This document shows positions 9,530 to 19,704 of a stretch of 64,000 nucleotides of DNA, piece by piece. This DNA comes from a virus: positions 74,661 to 138,660 of the IMG/VR virus record IMGVR_UViG_3300047382_000480. One strand, given 5' to 3'. Below the pieces are notes generated by a model that saw only the letters and a list, made by a program, of their open reading frames with translations, was not told the DNA's origin and did no database searches. Within the stretch, counting starts at the first letter, position 1, and each line of letters starts with the position of its first letter. A program made the translations under genes and the position numbers.

Positions 9530-10133
9530 TAATATCCTCTACCATCAGTTCCCACATATCTTTATCTGGTACAACAAACCCGACAGTAATTCTTGGACCA
9601 CCCCCAGCGCAATGCCATACTGGATCAGATTGATCGCCATAATAACCAACTTTGGCAGACCACCCTTTCCAATCTGGTAATGTGTGGATTATTTCTCCAT
9701 CCCAAAATTGAAAATACCCATCTCCTAGATTATAGTTAAACAAAATATTATATCCAGGAACATCCCAATTATTATGCCACCCCATAAATCCGTCTTCTGG
9801 ATAGTACACGTGTACAGCACTATATTTGGCACCTAAAAATTTAACCAGAGTGTCATTAAACCTTTGAGACTCTTTTTTAAATTTTTCTGGAGATTGAGCT
9901 CCAGGACCAAAGTGTACGTTCCGAACAACCTCTGGTGGACCTGCATGTTGCCCTTCTTCCTTTCCCATTGGCTTTTTGAGCATTTCTTTTAAGTAGTCAA
10001 AAGATTGAGAATGTTCAGAGTTTGAGTTGCCGTGATCACTAATGACTAATTCTGATAAATCCTGATCAAAAAACCATTCACTGTGTTCATTTAAAATTTC
10101 TATTATTTCTTTATTAAGGTCTATAAATCTCAC
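9522..10133 (-). CDS. Putative Fe(II)/2OG-oxygenase or cupin-fold protein
   Basis: YYPEDGFMGWHNN ... WHC ... RITVGF resembles the double-stranded beta-helix His...His...Arg pattern. Confidence 0.55.
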   Translation of the reverse strand: MRFIDLNKEIIEILNEHSEWFFDQDLSELVISDHGNSNSEHSQSFDYLKEMLKKPMGKEEGQHAGPPEVVRNVHFGPGAQSPEKFKKESQRFNDTLVKFLGAKYSAVHVYYPEDGFMGWHNNWDVPGYNILFNYNLGDGYFQFWDGEIIHTLPDWKGWSAKVGYYGDQSDPVWHCAGGGPRITVGFVVPDKDMWELMVEDITI

Positions 10134-10824
10134 TGCACATCATCCTAGTTCTTGATATTGTATAATGTTGAACAACTATATTTTGCCCCATCAGTTCTTC
10201 ATCTTTGTAACCATTTACAAAGTTCCACTTTGCATCTGGGGCAGGGAACTCTCCTATTGTAACATTAAAATCACCATTAGTCAACATATTCCACATAGTA
10301 AATGTATCCCACTGCCTTACTTCTTCGGGATACGGAGAAGGATCCCAGCGTGGATCGGTTTGTTCAAGATACCAAGTGTACCAGTTATCCATCAGTTCTT
10401 TAGTCGTTTTAGTATTATACAAAAACAAACCGCAATGATAAATCATTTCTTCAGTTTCTGACAACTTAGTTATCTTTGCGTTGTATGGTCTACATCTAGT
10501 AAACAGTAAATCTTTGTCTCCAAGTAAATCGAAAACTTCAGATATTTCTTCGCTTTGAATTAGCGTATCGCAATCAATATAAAGGGTTGTATCGTATGGA
10601 GATTTAGACAACGCCCAAAGTTTTGCTCTTACGTGGTTGGGGACACCTTGCGTTATAATTTGATCAAAAATTTCACGTGCTTCATCACACACCCAAGATT
10701 CATGAGTGAACAGCGTTATTTTTGCTTCTGGGTAAAAATCTAAAAGGGATTGGGCAGAATAAAGTGCAGCATAATAAAATTCTTTTTTTACTGAAGCAAC
10801 GTAGACATAACCATTACTCTTCAT
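10114..10824 (-). CDS. GT-A glycosyltransferase / nucleotide-diphospho-sugar transferase
   Basis: SPYDTTLYIDCDT (DxD), HCGLFLY, WDT, KWN, VQHYT. Confidence 0.8.
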   Translation of the reverse strand: MKSNGYVYVASVKKEFYYAALYSAQSLLDFYPEAKITLFTHESWVCDEAREIFDQIITQGVPNHVRAKLWALSKSPYDTTLYIDCDTLIQSEEISEVFDLLGDKDLLFTRCRPYNAKITKLSETEEMIYHCGLFLYNTKTTKELMDNWYTWYLEQTDPRWDPSPYPEEVRQWDTFTMWNMLTNGDFNVTIGEFPAPDAKWNFVNGYKDEELMGQNIVVQHYTISRTRMMCSEIYRP

Positions 10825-11269
10825 TGGCCAATGCTTCCTGTATCATCAGGGTTGCAAAGGCTTGGACTTCAATTGGCGTCTTTGCCTTTCTCAGACGCTT
10901 TTTAAGATCTCGGTTGGTAGAGTTTCGTATTTCTTCGATTTCAAATGCTTCCAACTTCATATTAAAAAGAACTTCTTGCTTGGCACGTGCCATGTCAGCT
11001 TCTTTTTGTTCTCTATGATGTTGTTCGCGTTCTTCAGATTCTTTTCTATGCTCTTCTGTATTTTTATCTAATTGCTCTTCACCAAACATTTCTAATATTT
11101 CATCGAAATCTTTGTTATAAGCATCATATGCATTAATGTGAACAACATTATATTCGCCATCATAAGATAACCTTCTGGCAACTATTTGGCGGTTTTCTTT
11201 ATCTTTCCAGATGGGGTCTTTCCAAAGAGGTGGGCGTTCTTTGTCGTTTGAGGATGCGATAACTTCCAT
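10814..11269 (-). CDS. Hypothetical coiled-coil protein
   Basis: 151-aa ORF with GGAG SD, overlapping the next gene's start. Confidence 0.7.
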   Translation of the reverse strand: MEVIASSNDKERPPLWKDPIWKDKENRQIVARRLSYDGEYNVVHINAYDAYNKDFDEILEMFGEEQLDKNTEEHRKESEEREQHHREQKEADMARAKQEVLFNMKLEAFEIEEIRNSTNRDLKKRLRKAKTPIEVQAFATLMIQEALANEE

Positions 11270-11301
11270 AATTTACTCCATAATGTAAAATTGTATTCTA
11301 T

Positions 11302-12444
11302 TTAGGCAGTTCTCAACCACAGTTTCTTATTGGACTGACTGGAGGATGTACTTATTATTGTAGCTCCATCATAATACCCAGCATAATCACCAGAATAGCT
11401 TCCGCTGTAGTTTCCAGTGTAATTACCAGTATAATAACCTGTGTAATATCCTGTGTATGTCACCCACGTTCTTGTATAACCTGCAAATCGAGGACTGTAA
11501 CTTCCAGAATAGGTTCCAGAATATGTTCCGCTGTAATAACCAGCATAGTTTCCAGTGTATGTCCCAGTATATGTTCCAGCATAAGCATATGTTGCAATGT
11601 TTTTTACTTGGTCCGTGAGAGTCTCTCCCATTTGCTGCCATGTTCCAGTACTCGGAGCATTTTCTGAAAGAGCGTATATTCCTGGACCATCACGCTCAAG
11701 GATCCTATTTCCGAGATACACAGCCATCTGACGATACCTTACAACATCTGCTTCTTGTAGACTTTCGTCATCGGTATTTCCACTTTGTTCCCTGATAACA
11801 ATATTGTTACCCACACCAGTAGGAACTGTGCTGTTGGCTGTTGATTTTTGCCAAAGCGTTTTTGTAAATGAAGTATTATCTACTTGGGTGTCTTCAATAT
11901 TACCGCGATTAACCCAAGTTCCACCAGTATTTGGTGCATTAGCTGACAAGTAATATTGCCCCGCAGTACTTGCAGATTGTTCACAATAGGCATCGATAAC
12001 TATATCTAGAAAATCTTTTCGTTCGGTTTCAGTACTATCTTTAAGCCGATTATTGTCATCTAATATTACTGGAAATGGGTCGTCTCCCATGTTAACGACG
12101 TTTACGTTATTATTCTGAAGAAAGGTATACGTTTTGACTGTCGTTTGAGCACCAGATGTTGGGTGTGTACCTATTGTATCGTTTCGTTTTTTATCTACGA
12201 AAGTTCCAATCTGAGAATCTACTCCAAGAGTATATGGATATTGAGCCGTCCCCTCGTGTAGTATAACTTGTGCAGGCTGTCCCTTACCATCCAGCATGGT
12301 TTGGGTATCATTATCAATATTATACACAAATGCTTCAGTGATCCTACCTGCTACCGCACCTTTCATGTCTGCGGTGCTCATCTCCTGAAAACCTAAAACG
12401 ACATCAGTGTTAGGATCAACTCTTACCTTTACAGGATTACCCAT
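11302..12444 (-). CDS. Virion structural protein with C-terminal Tyr-x-Gly-x repeat
   Basis: End of the baseplate/fibre gene run; two LS.NAP..GTW...G....DT/DQ modules; YAGTYTGTYTGNYAGYYSG... tract. Confidence 0.7.
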   Translation of the reverse strand: MGNPVKVRVDPNTDVVLGFQEMSTADMKGAVAGRITEAFVYNIDNDTQTMLDGKGQPAQVILHEGTAQYPYTLGVDSQIGTFVDKKRNDTIGTHPTSGAQTTVKTYTFLQNNNVNVVNMGDDPFPVILDDNNRLKDSTETERKDFLDIVIDAYCEQSASTAGQYYLSANAPNTGGTWVNRGNIEDTQVDNTSFTKTLWQKSTANSTVPTGVGNNIVIREQSGNTDDESLQEADVVRYRQMAVYLGNRILERDGPGIYALSENAPSTGTWQQMGETLTDQVKNIATYAYAGTYTGTYTGNYAGYYSGTYSGTYSGSYSPRFAGYTRTWVTYTGYYTGYYTGNYTGNYSGSYSGDYAGYYDGATIISTSSSQSNKKLWLRTA

Positions 12445-12453
12445 TATATTTCC

Positions 12454-13491
12454 TTAGTTTACGATATTACCCGACGAATTATAAATCACTAGAGGTCTTT
12501 TTACTTCCCAAGTCTCAGAATCTCTACACACTAGGCTCATAGATGTGTTTGGGGGAAGGTCTTTAGCAGCATTAGACGAACCAAAATCAATCTTATCTGA
12601 AGTTGCAGGATATACTTTTATTGAAGAGGAAGTAGAATTGTAAATCTCTATATGTCTTCCCGTAGTCGCAGAAGGCAATTTAACACCTTCGTTATTAGAA
12701 GCAGTAGTTACAATATTTACTGTTTCTCCTAATTGAGTCGCATCGCTCTGAGCAGATCCTGCTGCAGTTACACCACCTTGCACACCAGTGATCATCGCCC
12801 CAGCAGCAATAAAATTACCTGTAACTGTGACACCTGCGGCAGACAACACACCTAAATTATCTACTGTAAAATTGTCATTTACGTTTATACCTCCATCAAG
12901 GGAAGCAAGACCATCAACATCTAGTGTGCCTGTGGTATTAATATTACCTGTTGAGTCAGCAACAGTAAATGCCCCATCAACGTCAATACCTCCATCGAGG
13001 GAAGCAAGACCTGACGCATCTAATGAAGATGCAACAACTGCGTCACCCTCGTCTGTAGACTGCCATTGAGTTGCAGATACCGCAACAAAATCTCGACCTT
13101 TTTCTGGTCCAAGGGATAATGCAGCATTTGCAGAAAGATCATTGATAGATTCACCCGCATATGGGTAAACTTTAATAGTCGTAGAAGTAGAATTAAAAAC
13201 AGTTACACGTGTACCTGTTGAGGCATCAAGGAGTTTAACACCTTGGTTTGATGTTGCTGTATTAATAATATTGTATGTCTTTGTTAATGCAGTAGCAGTT
13301 CCTTGTGTTGTACCAGCTGCAGTTACCGAGGCATCAACACCAACTATAAAGCGACCAGATACTGTAATATCATCAACAATAATATCATCACCGCTTTGAT
13401 ACTTGTCGGTGTTTAGATTTGTAAAGTTTGAGTCAACCTCAGTATTAGTGAGAGGTGAACCTTTACCTGAGCGAGTTGTTAGTGTTGACAT
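12454..13491 (-). CDS. Short tail fibre-like protein with internally duplicated domain
   Basis: N-terminal TLTTRSGKGSPLTNTEVDSNF; two VTAAG...GVKL...NSTS..IKVYP domains; two GLASLDGGI repeats. Confidence 0.7.
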   Translation of the reverse strand: MSTLTTRSGKGSPLTNTEVDSNFTNLNTDKYQSGDDIIVDDITVSGRFIVGVDASVTAAGTTQGTATALTKTYNIINTATSNQGVKLLDASTGTRVTVFNSTSTTIKVYPYAGESINDLSANAALSLGPEKGRDFVAVSATQWQSTDEGDAVVASSLDASGLASLDGGIDVDGAFTVADSTGNINTTGTLDVDGLASLDGGINVNDNFTVDNLGVLSAAGVTVTGNFIAAGAMITGVQGGVTAAGSAQSDATQLGETVNIVTTASNNEGVKLPSATTGRHIEIYNSTSSSIKVYPATSDKIDFGSSNAAKDLPPNTSMSLVCRDSETWEVKRPLVIYNSSGNIVN

Positions 13492-13496
13492 TTTTC

Positions 13497-13700
13497 TTAC
13501 CTATTTTTTAGAATTATCTGAATGGCATCTTTTATCTGCGCCAAGTCTTCTTTAAGACTATTTATATCATCGCATACTTCATCTAGTTTTTTAGATTGCC
13601 TTTTTTTCGCGCGATATTGCTGTAATCCTGCCAAATCTTTGCTTATTAGAGCATTGCTGTTTGGGTCTCTGGAATATTTATCGGTAGTAAAATCAGCCAT
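13497..13700 (-). CDS. Small conserved protein of marine T4-like baseplate cluster
   Basis: RDPNSNAL...INSLKEDL.QIK pattern and position after the DUF4815 gene. Confidence 0.65.
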   Translation of the reverse strand: MADFTTDKYSRDPNSNALISKDLAGLQQYRAKKRQSKKLDEVCDDINSLKEDLAQIKDAIQIILKNR

Positions 13701-13710
13701 TTATGAAATC

Positions 13711-16700
13711 CTATACTTGTAACGCAATTGCTCTCAGATTCTTACACTGAGGAACATTAGACGTATTATCCGTTAACATTACAATTTTTATCGCAAACTC
13801 CTTGAATGTTACGAAATTTGTTGTAGAAAGTGTTGCCGTTGCTGTGGCGCCAGAACCGCCACCCCCAGAAATTGTTAATGTTGGTGTAGCAGAATTAGTT
13901 GCGTATCTTCCTGGATCTGTTATGACAATAGAGGAAACCGCACCTGCGCTCAACACAGCAATTGCTTTAGCTTGCCTTGTTGACGTACCGCCTGTAATTG
14001 TTACAGTTGGTGGGCTAGTATATCCAGAACCCCCAGCACTAACAGTTGTCGATCCAACACGCTTAGTTGCATATGTAAGAACGTCGGATCCATTGAGGTT
14101 TGCATTATCGATAGTGTATCTATGCTCAACAAAACCTGTTTGACTCAACCCTCTGTTATCTGGTATTGAATCTTCTTTTAACAAGAACCAATCAAGTTCT
14201 TGTCTTAGATCAGCATCGTCTTCTGCTGCCATGAATTTACCATAAACCTTTATTTCAGAACCAAATGGAGTTTTTTGGTCTAGATAAACTTTCAGGTCTT
14301 GTGCATCTTGACCATCTGACAATCTAACTGTCTTAGAGATATATTTAGCAAGAGCACTTCCGCTATTATTTGCGTCTTCATTGGTTGAGTTGTTATTAAT
14401 GATATTTTGAGTCGCGATGAATCCACATCTAGATAAGTCAATAACTGGACTTATGAATTTACTAGAAGTTAACATCTTCGCCTCACTCTTGAAGGACTTA
14501 GCACCACTCAAGTTAGCATCTTCGTTTGATTTAGAATATACAGCATATTCTTTGTTTGTTATTTGTTGTTCCTGCTTAACAATTTTCCTAGAAGTTGTTC
14601 CAGCTGCAGCAACACCAGTTGAGTCTGTTGGAGTGTAGCTGTGATCAACCCTAGTTTGAGGAAGAACTATTTCACCAAAGTTTAACTGCAGTTTGTTAAA
14701 GATTTTATTATCAATGGTTTCAAGTTTTCCTTGAGTAGAACCATTACCAATAATATCGTTAACATCAAAATCAGATTTTGTAAGTTGGATCCTAGCAACA
14801 TCGTTTAAAGAAGAATACCTTTCGACAGCACCAGTCTTTGTTACAACATCGACTATCATACCAGTACCAGAGCCAGTTGTCCCAGATTGTGCTACATTTG
14901 TTCCATCTGCAGTAAACCCAGAACCCAACTCTTCAATACTAAACGCAGTAACAACATTAGATTGGACTTGCGTTACTTTAAGTTTTAAACCAGTACCGCC
15001 ACCAAACCCCGCAAAGGTTATCACGTCATTAACAGAGTGTCCAGTTCCCCCATTATCTAATGTTACATTAAATGAGTGAAGGTTGTCACCAGCTTCAAAC
15101 GCTCCATTGGTGTACTCAACCATTGATAGAAAATCTATTGGTCCATTAGTGAATTTTGCTGATCCTTCAGTATCAGTTGTAAAGTTACAACGATAAATTC
15201 TATGCATTAGATCTTCGGCTTGGAACGCATTCCAAGATCTGTTGTTTGACGAAACAAACAAAACACCGCCAGTAACATCTTCTGCAACAATTCTTTGAGT
15301 GGTTCCTACCTTATTTTCTCCCAACTCTGAAACCCAAACTTCATAATCTGGGCTATTTCCTTGAGGTAGTGTTACAATACAATATTCTCTACCGCCTTCC
15401 AAGAAAACTGGGGAATCAAACGTAACGCCAGTTGCAGAAAACGTAACTGTTCCGTCTGATGCTTCTGATGAGATATTAACCTGAGAAGGAGAAAGATATT
15501 TGGAACCATATGGTAGAACTCTAGATCCAGGATACCCATTTACAACTTCACGAAGTTGAATAGTTATACCATCAGTAGAAGATTTATTTCTGAAATAAAG
15601 GTCTATTTTAGGGCAGAATATCCCTTCTTTATTTGAGACAATAAAGGTCTGCGCAGTTGGATCGTCAGTTGTTAAGTCGACGTCTACTGAAACATTACTT
15701 GTTATGTCCTCAGTTCGCACATCAGTTACTACTTCAGCAACTACTTGTGGATCTCCAGCTTGAGTTCCTGTCGTGAAAGATGGAACCTGCGTAGAAACGA
15801 TAGTTCCTTGCGAAATAACATCAAGACCAAACGAAGAATATGTAGATTCAGTTGACGTAGTTGTAAACCCATCCCTGTTCAGGACATCATCAGTTAAACG
15901 AAGGATTTTTTCTCCAATGCGGAAAGTTTCTGCTGGTATTCTAAATTGAGCTGCAAGTCTTCCTTCTGAATCTGTCACCAGAGGAGTTCCAAATGCATTT
16001 GTTGTTTCATTGAAATCTGACCAGAAGTTGTTGACCCCTGAAGACAATCTAGAAGTAAATGTTGAATATGTTAATTTACGACAATGATCAGAAACTGGGT
16101 CTCCGTCAAAATATGCATAAACGCGAGTATTTGGTTTTAATCTTGTCGCGTGGAATGTGACATTTTGAGATCTCATGAAAGGTGTGAAACCAATATCAGT
16201 TACTCGATCGCCAAAATCTTGCGTGACTGTATCGCTTCCAGTAGAATTAATTGTTAAAGTATCAACCGATTGAGATATAGCTGCAGAATCAACGACTTGT
16301 GTCATAGAAGCATCAAAACTAACATCTACTGTTGAGTCTACGTTTCCGCGACGCCCACCTCGATCAGTGTCTCCATCGCTACCACCAAACTCAATATCTT
16401 GTGTGTCTGATGTTACACCACCCATAGTAGTGTTAACACCATTAACGATACCCGCATTTCCTAGAGAATCAGTAAGATTTTCTAAACCTTGTGCGATTGC
16501 ACTATTCTCAACAATTTGATCGCCACCATCTTCCATTGCAACAAAGTTATCTGATTGAGGATAAAGTTGCAAATCACCTTTATAATTGAACAACAAAGAA
16601 CCAATACAATTCCTAAATTTAGAGGCATTAATATTTCGTTGATTATCCACTAATGTGTATGGAAGAGTTACTAAATTTCCTGTTTTGGTTACACCAGAAG

Positions 16701-19695
16701 AATTAGAATTATCAAATAGAACGTCAACCTGTTCTTCTTCGAAGTTTGCTGTGAGGAATTTGTTTCTTGTGTCAACTGCAGCATTAAAATCAGGGTCTCT
16801 GAGATTACTTAATCCATGGTCTGCGAAATTATGAATAAAGATACCATTCTTAAATCTATTGTTTCCTGAGGAATCTGTAATAACAAGGTTCTCGGTATCC
16901 TTCTCAAGCATATTCATAGAAGTGTAATACTCAAGGCGATTTATCCGTTTTTCTATGGCACCAATATCTGACATGGTGTAGCGTCTATTTTGTTTAACGG
17001 CAATTGTACAAGATAAATCTTTCCTTCCGCTTGTTCTGCCAATATATGGCGATAAAGAAGGATATGGTGGTATTGTTACCTTACCCAATTCCATAGCTGT
17101 AATAGGAGCAACAGGTGATTTTGGATTCAGCCTTGCAGCACCCTTAATTACATCGACAGTACCCTTTTCTCCGATAACAATTTTATCAATTCGAGACAAA
17201 TAATATTCTGCATCTGTAGTATATGATTCTGTTGGAACAGGCATTTCATAACCACCAGAAACAGTTCTGAGGTCGTTTGCTTCTATTGGATTTATGGTCG
17301 CTTGCGCTAAAGAAGTCGCGTCTGCCGAAGTATGATTAACAAATGGTCGGAAATCAACACAATCCCTTAGATCATATTTCCCGCTCTTCTTAGAATAAAA
17401 TACTGGTATTTCGTATGTGTAAATACCAGTCGAACCTGTGTCGTCAACAGGGTAAGAATCAATAGCAAAGTATGATCCAACCGAAGTACTGTAGTTCGGA
17501 TCAAGATAAGAAAGTTTAACAACAATTGATTTGCCATTTGTATTCAATCTTGACTTCGGCTTCTTAATTAGTTTTGCATGGTCATAAACATTCTCTTTTT
17601 GACCATTATCCAATATAAACTGATCTTTGTGGTCAGTTCCAGTTTCAGTATAAGAAGATCCGACATAAACCCCTTCAATCTTGTATACATTACAGAAACC
17701 CAAGTTCCAAGGTCCAAATTGACCACCATCATTGGTACTTGTATCAATTTTAACATATCTAGTTTTTTTAGCAACAAATTGTACTGGAACTACGTCAGTT
17801 TGTTTGACTTTTATTTGCAGAGTTACATCAGTTGCGGCAGAAAGACTATTTCCAATATCAAAATTAATTGCAGTATTAGAAATAGATGTTATCATAGAAG
17901 GTGTTAATCTAAATGGCTCACCTTTTTTGTATAACGTATTATCTAATGTCACATCAGATTGGAATACCAAATAAAACTCATTATCAAGTTGAGTTTGTGT
18001 TGGTGTTGAAGAATACGGGAAAGACTCTGTTCCTGTAACTGTTACAGTTGACACACCAGAAACTGAAACCTCAGCGGTAAACTCTTTCTGATATGTATAA
18101 TTATTATCGTATGTTCCACCTGTATCAACCGCAAAAGTTTTTGCAGCCTTAAATGGAGCTCTGAATACCAGCTGATTAGAATTTGATTCTTTGAGAACTG
18201 CTTTACTGCTTTCCAATACTGGGTCAGCAAACCCATTCATTGTAGAGTCTTCGTTGTAGATAGTTCTAATATCATCAAAAGAACCGCCAAACATACGAAT
18301 ATCATAAAGATATAAACGATATTTACATGCTGCAGCATTTACTGTTCCGCTTTCATAACGGATTTGCCTTATACGTGCTTGACCGATAATCGTAGAAGGA
18401 GCAGCATGGTTTGAATAGGTATTATCTGATGCTGCATTAGAAGCAGTATTACCGAATTTTAATAATGACCCATCTTTAATGTCCCAGTTACCAGCAACTT
18501 CATCAACAATGATATAATTACCATAGTTGGTTGATACTGTAAATCCTTCTTCAACTACACTTTCGTTGCCCTTTTCCACCTTAACATATGTTGGAGAAAG
18601 GAACTCTCGCCTATATCCATTAACGTAGGCAAGACCACGACCAACACCAACAGCGATATGATCCGCTGAGCCACCACTGCTTGTATCTAGCAATCCTCTG
18701 TTAGAAGATGTTTTTAAATGTTCCCTTACAGTAACCTCAAAATTGCGGATAACATAGTTCCCGCTTTCGTCAAATGTTCTTAATGCAAGTTGTGCGCCAA
18801 GTTTGTTGTAATAATCTAAATCACCGATATCGTCACCGCGAGATAATAGACCATCTTCAACTGTATATAAAGAAATGAAATCAGAATCATTGGTTGCGGT
18901 CAAAGCCAATTTTGCGATTTCAGTAGAAGTCTTATAACGATCAGCCCCTGGAGCATTAAAATTAAATGTTCCTGATGCTGGGTCGTTCAATGTACTGTCT
19001 GCATCAGAAGTTACAATAGAATCTTTGAATTTGACACCAACATAATAATTTGCTGATGTCTTATATTTTTCAAGATTAATTGTTTGTGTATCGTGATATA
19101 CAAAGTAACCATCGATATACAAAATACCTTCTTCAATTACAAAATCTAACCCTTTACCGAAATAATTTCTAGTTACATCGCTTGAATCTGTTCCGTTATC
19201 GACAACAAATGTGTTACCATTTCTGCCGTTATCGGTAGATGTTACTGTAAGAGTTTCCCCTGCTTCAAAGTGAAGATATGACCCAGTAGCGTTACCTTCC
19301 GTGTATTCTATATAAAATGTCTTTTTATCTACGGCATCTGTATCTAACCCTGTTGCGGTTTTTGAGATCTTTGCCTTAAGACCGCTAGTTCCACCAGTCA
19401 CAATATCACCGACATAATTCGCCAAAGTGTCATTAGCAACAGTCGCTGAAGATGCATCAAGATCATTCAACTTAATGAAATCTCTGACTAGAGGTGCACC
19501 TGATGCCCCCTTTACTCTTGCCCCATCTTTAAAAAGATGATCAGCAAAATTACCCACAGTATCTTGTAAAATAGTCTGTAGTTGTGTTAGTTCCCTTGCC
19601 TGTACAGCAACTCCAGGCTTGAACAGTATGCGAGAAAACTTTTTCGCATCATCGAAATTGTCAAAATATGGGCTTGTATTTAGATTTAGAGCCAT
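13711..19695 (-). CDS. Large virion structural protein, DUF4815 family
   Basis: N-terminal LNTSPYFDNFD...RILFKPG.AVQARELTQLQTILQ, RTFDESGNY, DPTAQTF, C-terminal NLRAIAL; 1994 aa. Confidence 0.85.
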   Translation of the reverse strand: MALNLNTSPYFDNFDDAKKFSRILFKPGVAVQARELTQLQTILQDTVGNFADHLFKDGARVKGASGAPLVRDFIKLNDLDASSATVANDTLANYVGDIVTGGTSGLKAKISKTATGLDTDAVDKKTFYIEYTEGNATGSYLHFEAGETLTVTSTDNGRNGNTFVVDNGTDSSDVTRNYFGKGLDFVIEEGILYIDGYFVYHDTQTINLEKYKTSANYYVGVKFKDSIVTSDADSTLNDPASGTFNFNAPGADRYKTSTEIAKLALTATNDSDFISLYTVEDGLLSRGDDIGDLDYYNKLGAQLALRTFDESGNYVIRNFEVTVREHLKTSSNRGLLDTSSGGSADHIAVGVGRGLAYVNGYRREFLSPTYVKVEKGNESVVEEGFTVSTNYGNYIIVDEVAGNWDIKDGSLLKFGNTASNAASDNTYSNHAAPSTIIGQARIRQIRYESGTVNAAACKYRLYLYDIRMFGGSFDDIRTIYNEDSTMNGFADPVLESSKAVLKESNSNQLVFRAPFKAAKTFAVDTGGTYDNNYTYQKEFTAEVSVSGVSTVTVTGTESFPYSSTPTQTQLDNEFYLVFQSDVTLDNTLYKKGEPFRLTPSMITSISNTAINFDIGNSLSAATDVTLQIKVKQTDVVPVQFVAKKTRYVKIDTSTNDGGQFGPWNLGFCNVYKIEGVYVGSSYTETGTDHKDQFILDNGQKENVYDHAKLIKKPKSRLNTNGKSIVVKLSYLDPNYSTSVGSYFAIDSYPVDDTGSTGIYTYEIPVFYSKKSGKYDLRDCVDFRPFVNHTSADATSLAQATINPIEANDLRTVSGGYEMPVPTESYTTDAEYYLSRIDKIVIGEKGTVDVIKGAARLNPKSPVAPITAMELGKVTIPPYPSLSPYIGRTSGRKDLSCTIAVKQNRRYTMSDIGAIEKRINRLEYYTSMNMLEKDTENLVITDSSGNNRFKNGIFIHNFADHGLSNLRDPDFNAAVDTRNKFLTANFEEEQVDVLFDNSNSSGVTKTGNLVTLPYTLVDNQRNINASKFRNCIGSLLFNYKGDLQLYPQSDNFVAMEDGGDQIVENSAIAQGLENLTDSLGNAGIVNGVNTTMGGVTSDTQDIEFGGSDGDTDRGGRRGNVDSTVDVSFDASMTQVVDSAAISQSVDTLTINSTGSDTVTQDFGDRVTDIGFTPFMRSQNVTFHATRLKPNTRVYAYFDGDPVSDHCRKLTYSTFTSRLSSGVNNFWSDFNETTNAFGTPLVTDSEGRLAAQFRIPAETFRIGEKILRLTDDVLNRDGFTTTSTESTYSSFGLDVISQGTIVSTQVPSFTTGTQAGDPQVVAEVVTDVRTEDITSNVSVDVDLTTDDPTAQTFIVSNKEGIFCPKIDLYFRNKSSTDGITIQLREVVNGYPGSRVLPYGSKYLSPSQVNISSEASDGTVTFSATGVTFDSPVFLEGGREYCIVTLPQGNSPDYEVWVSELGENKVGTTQRIVAEDVTGGVLFVSSNNRSWNAFQAEDLMHRIYRCNFTTDTEGSAKFTNGPIDFLSMVEYTNGAFEAGDNLHSFNVTLDNGGTGHSVNDVITFAGFGGGTGLKLKVTQVQSNVVTAFSIEELGSGFTADGTNVAQSGTTGSGTGMIVDVVTKTGAVERYSSLNDVARIQLTKSDFDVNDIIGNGSTQGKLETIDNKIFNKLQLNFGEIVLPQTRVDHSYTPTDSTGVAAAGTTSRKIVKQEQQITNKEYAVYSKSNEDANLSGAKSFKSEAKMLTSSKFISPVIDLSRCGFIATQNIINNNSTNEDANNSGSALAKYISKTVRLSDGQDAQDLKVYLDQKTPFGSEIKVYGKFMAAEDDADLRQELDWFLLKEDSIPDNRGLSQTGFVEHRYTIDNANLNGSDVLTYATKRVGSTTVSAGGSGYTSPPTVTITGGTSTRQAKAIAVLSAGAVSSIVITDPGRYATNSATPTLTISGGGGSGATATATLSTTNFVTFKEFAIKIVMLTDNTSNVPQCKNLRAIALQV

Positions 19696-19704
19696 TTCTT
19701 TACC

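Noticed and set aside
11365-11590. YxG repeat as an ice-nucleation protein repeat or a diversity-generating retroelement target
   Set aside because: It lacks the AGYGST octapeptide periodicity; no reverse transcriptase or template/variable repeat pair is visible in the window.
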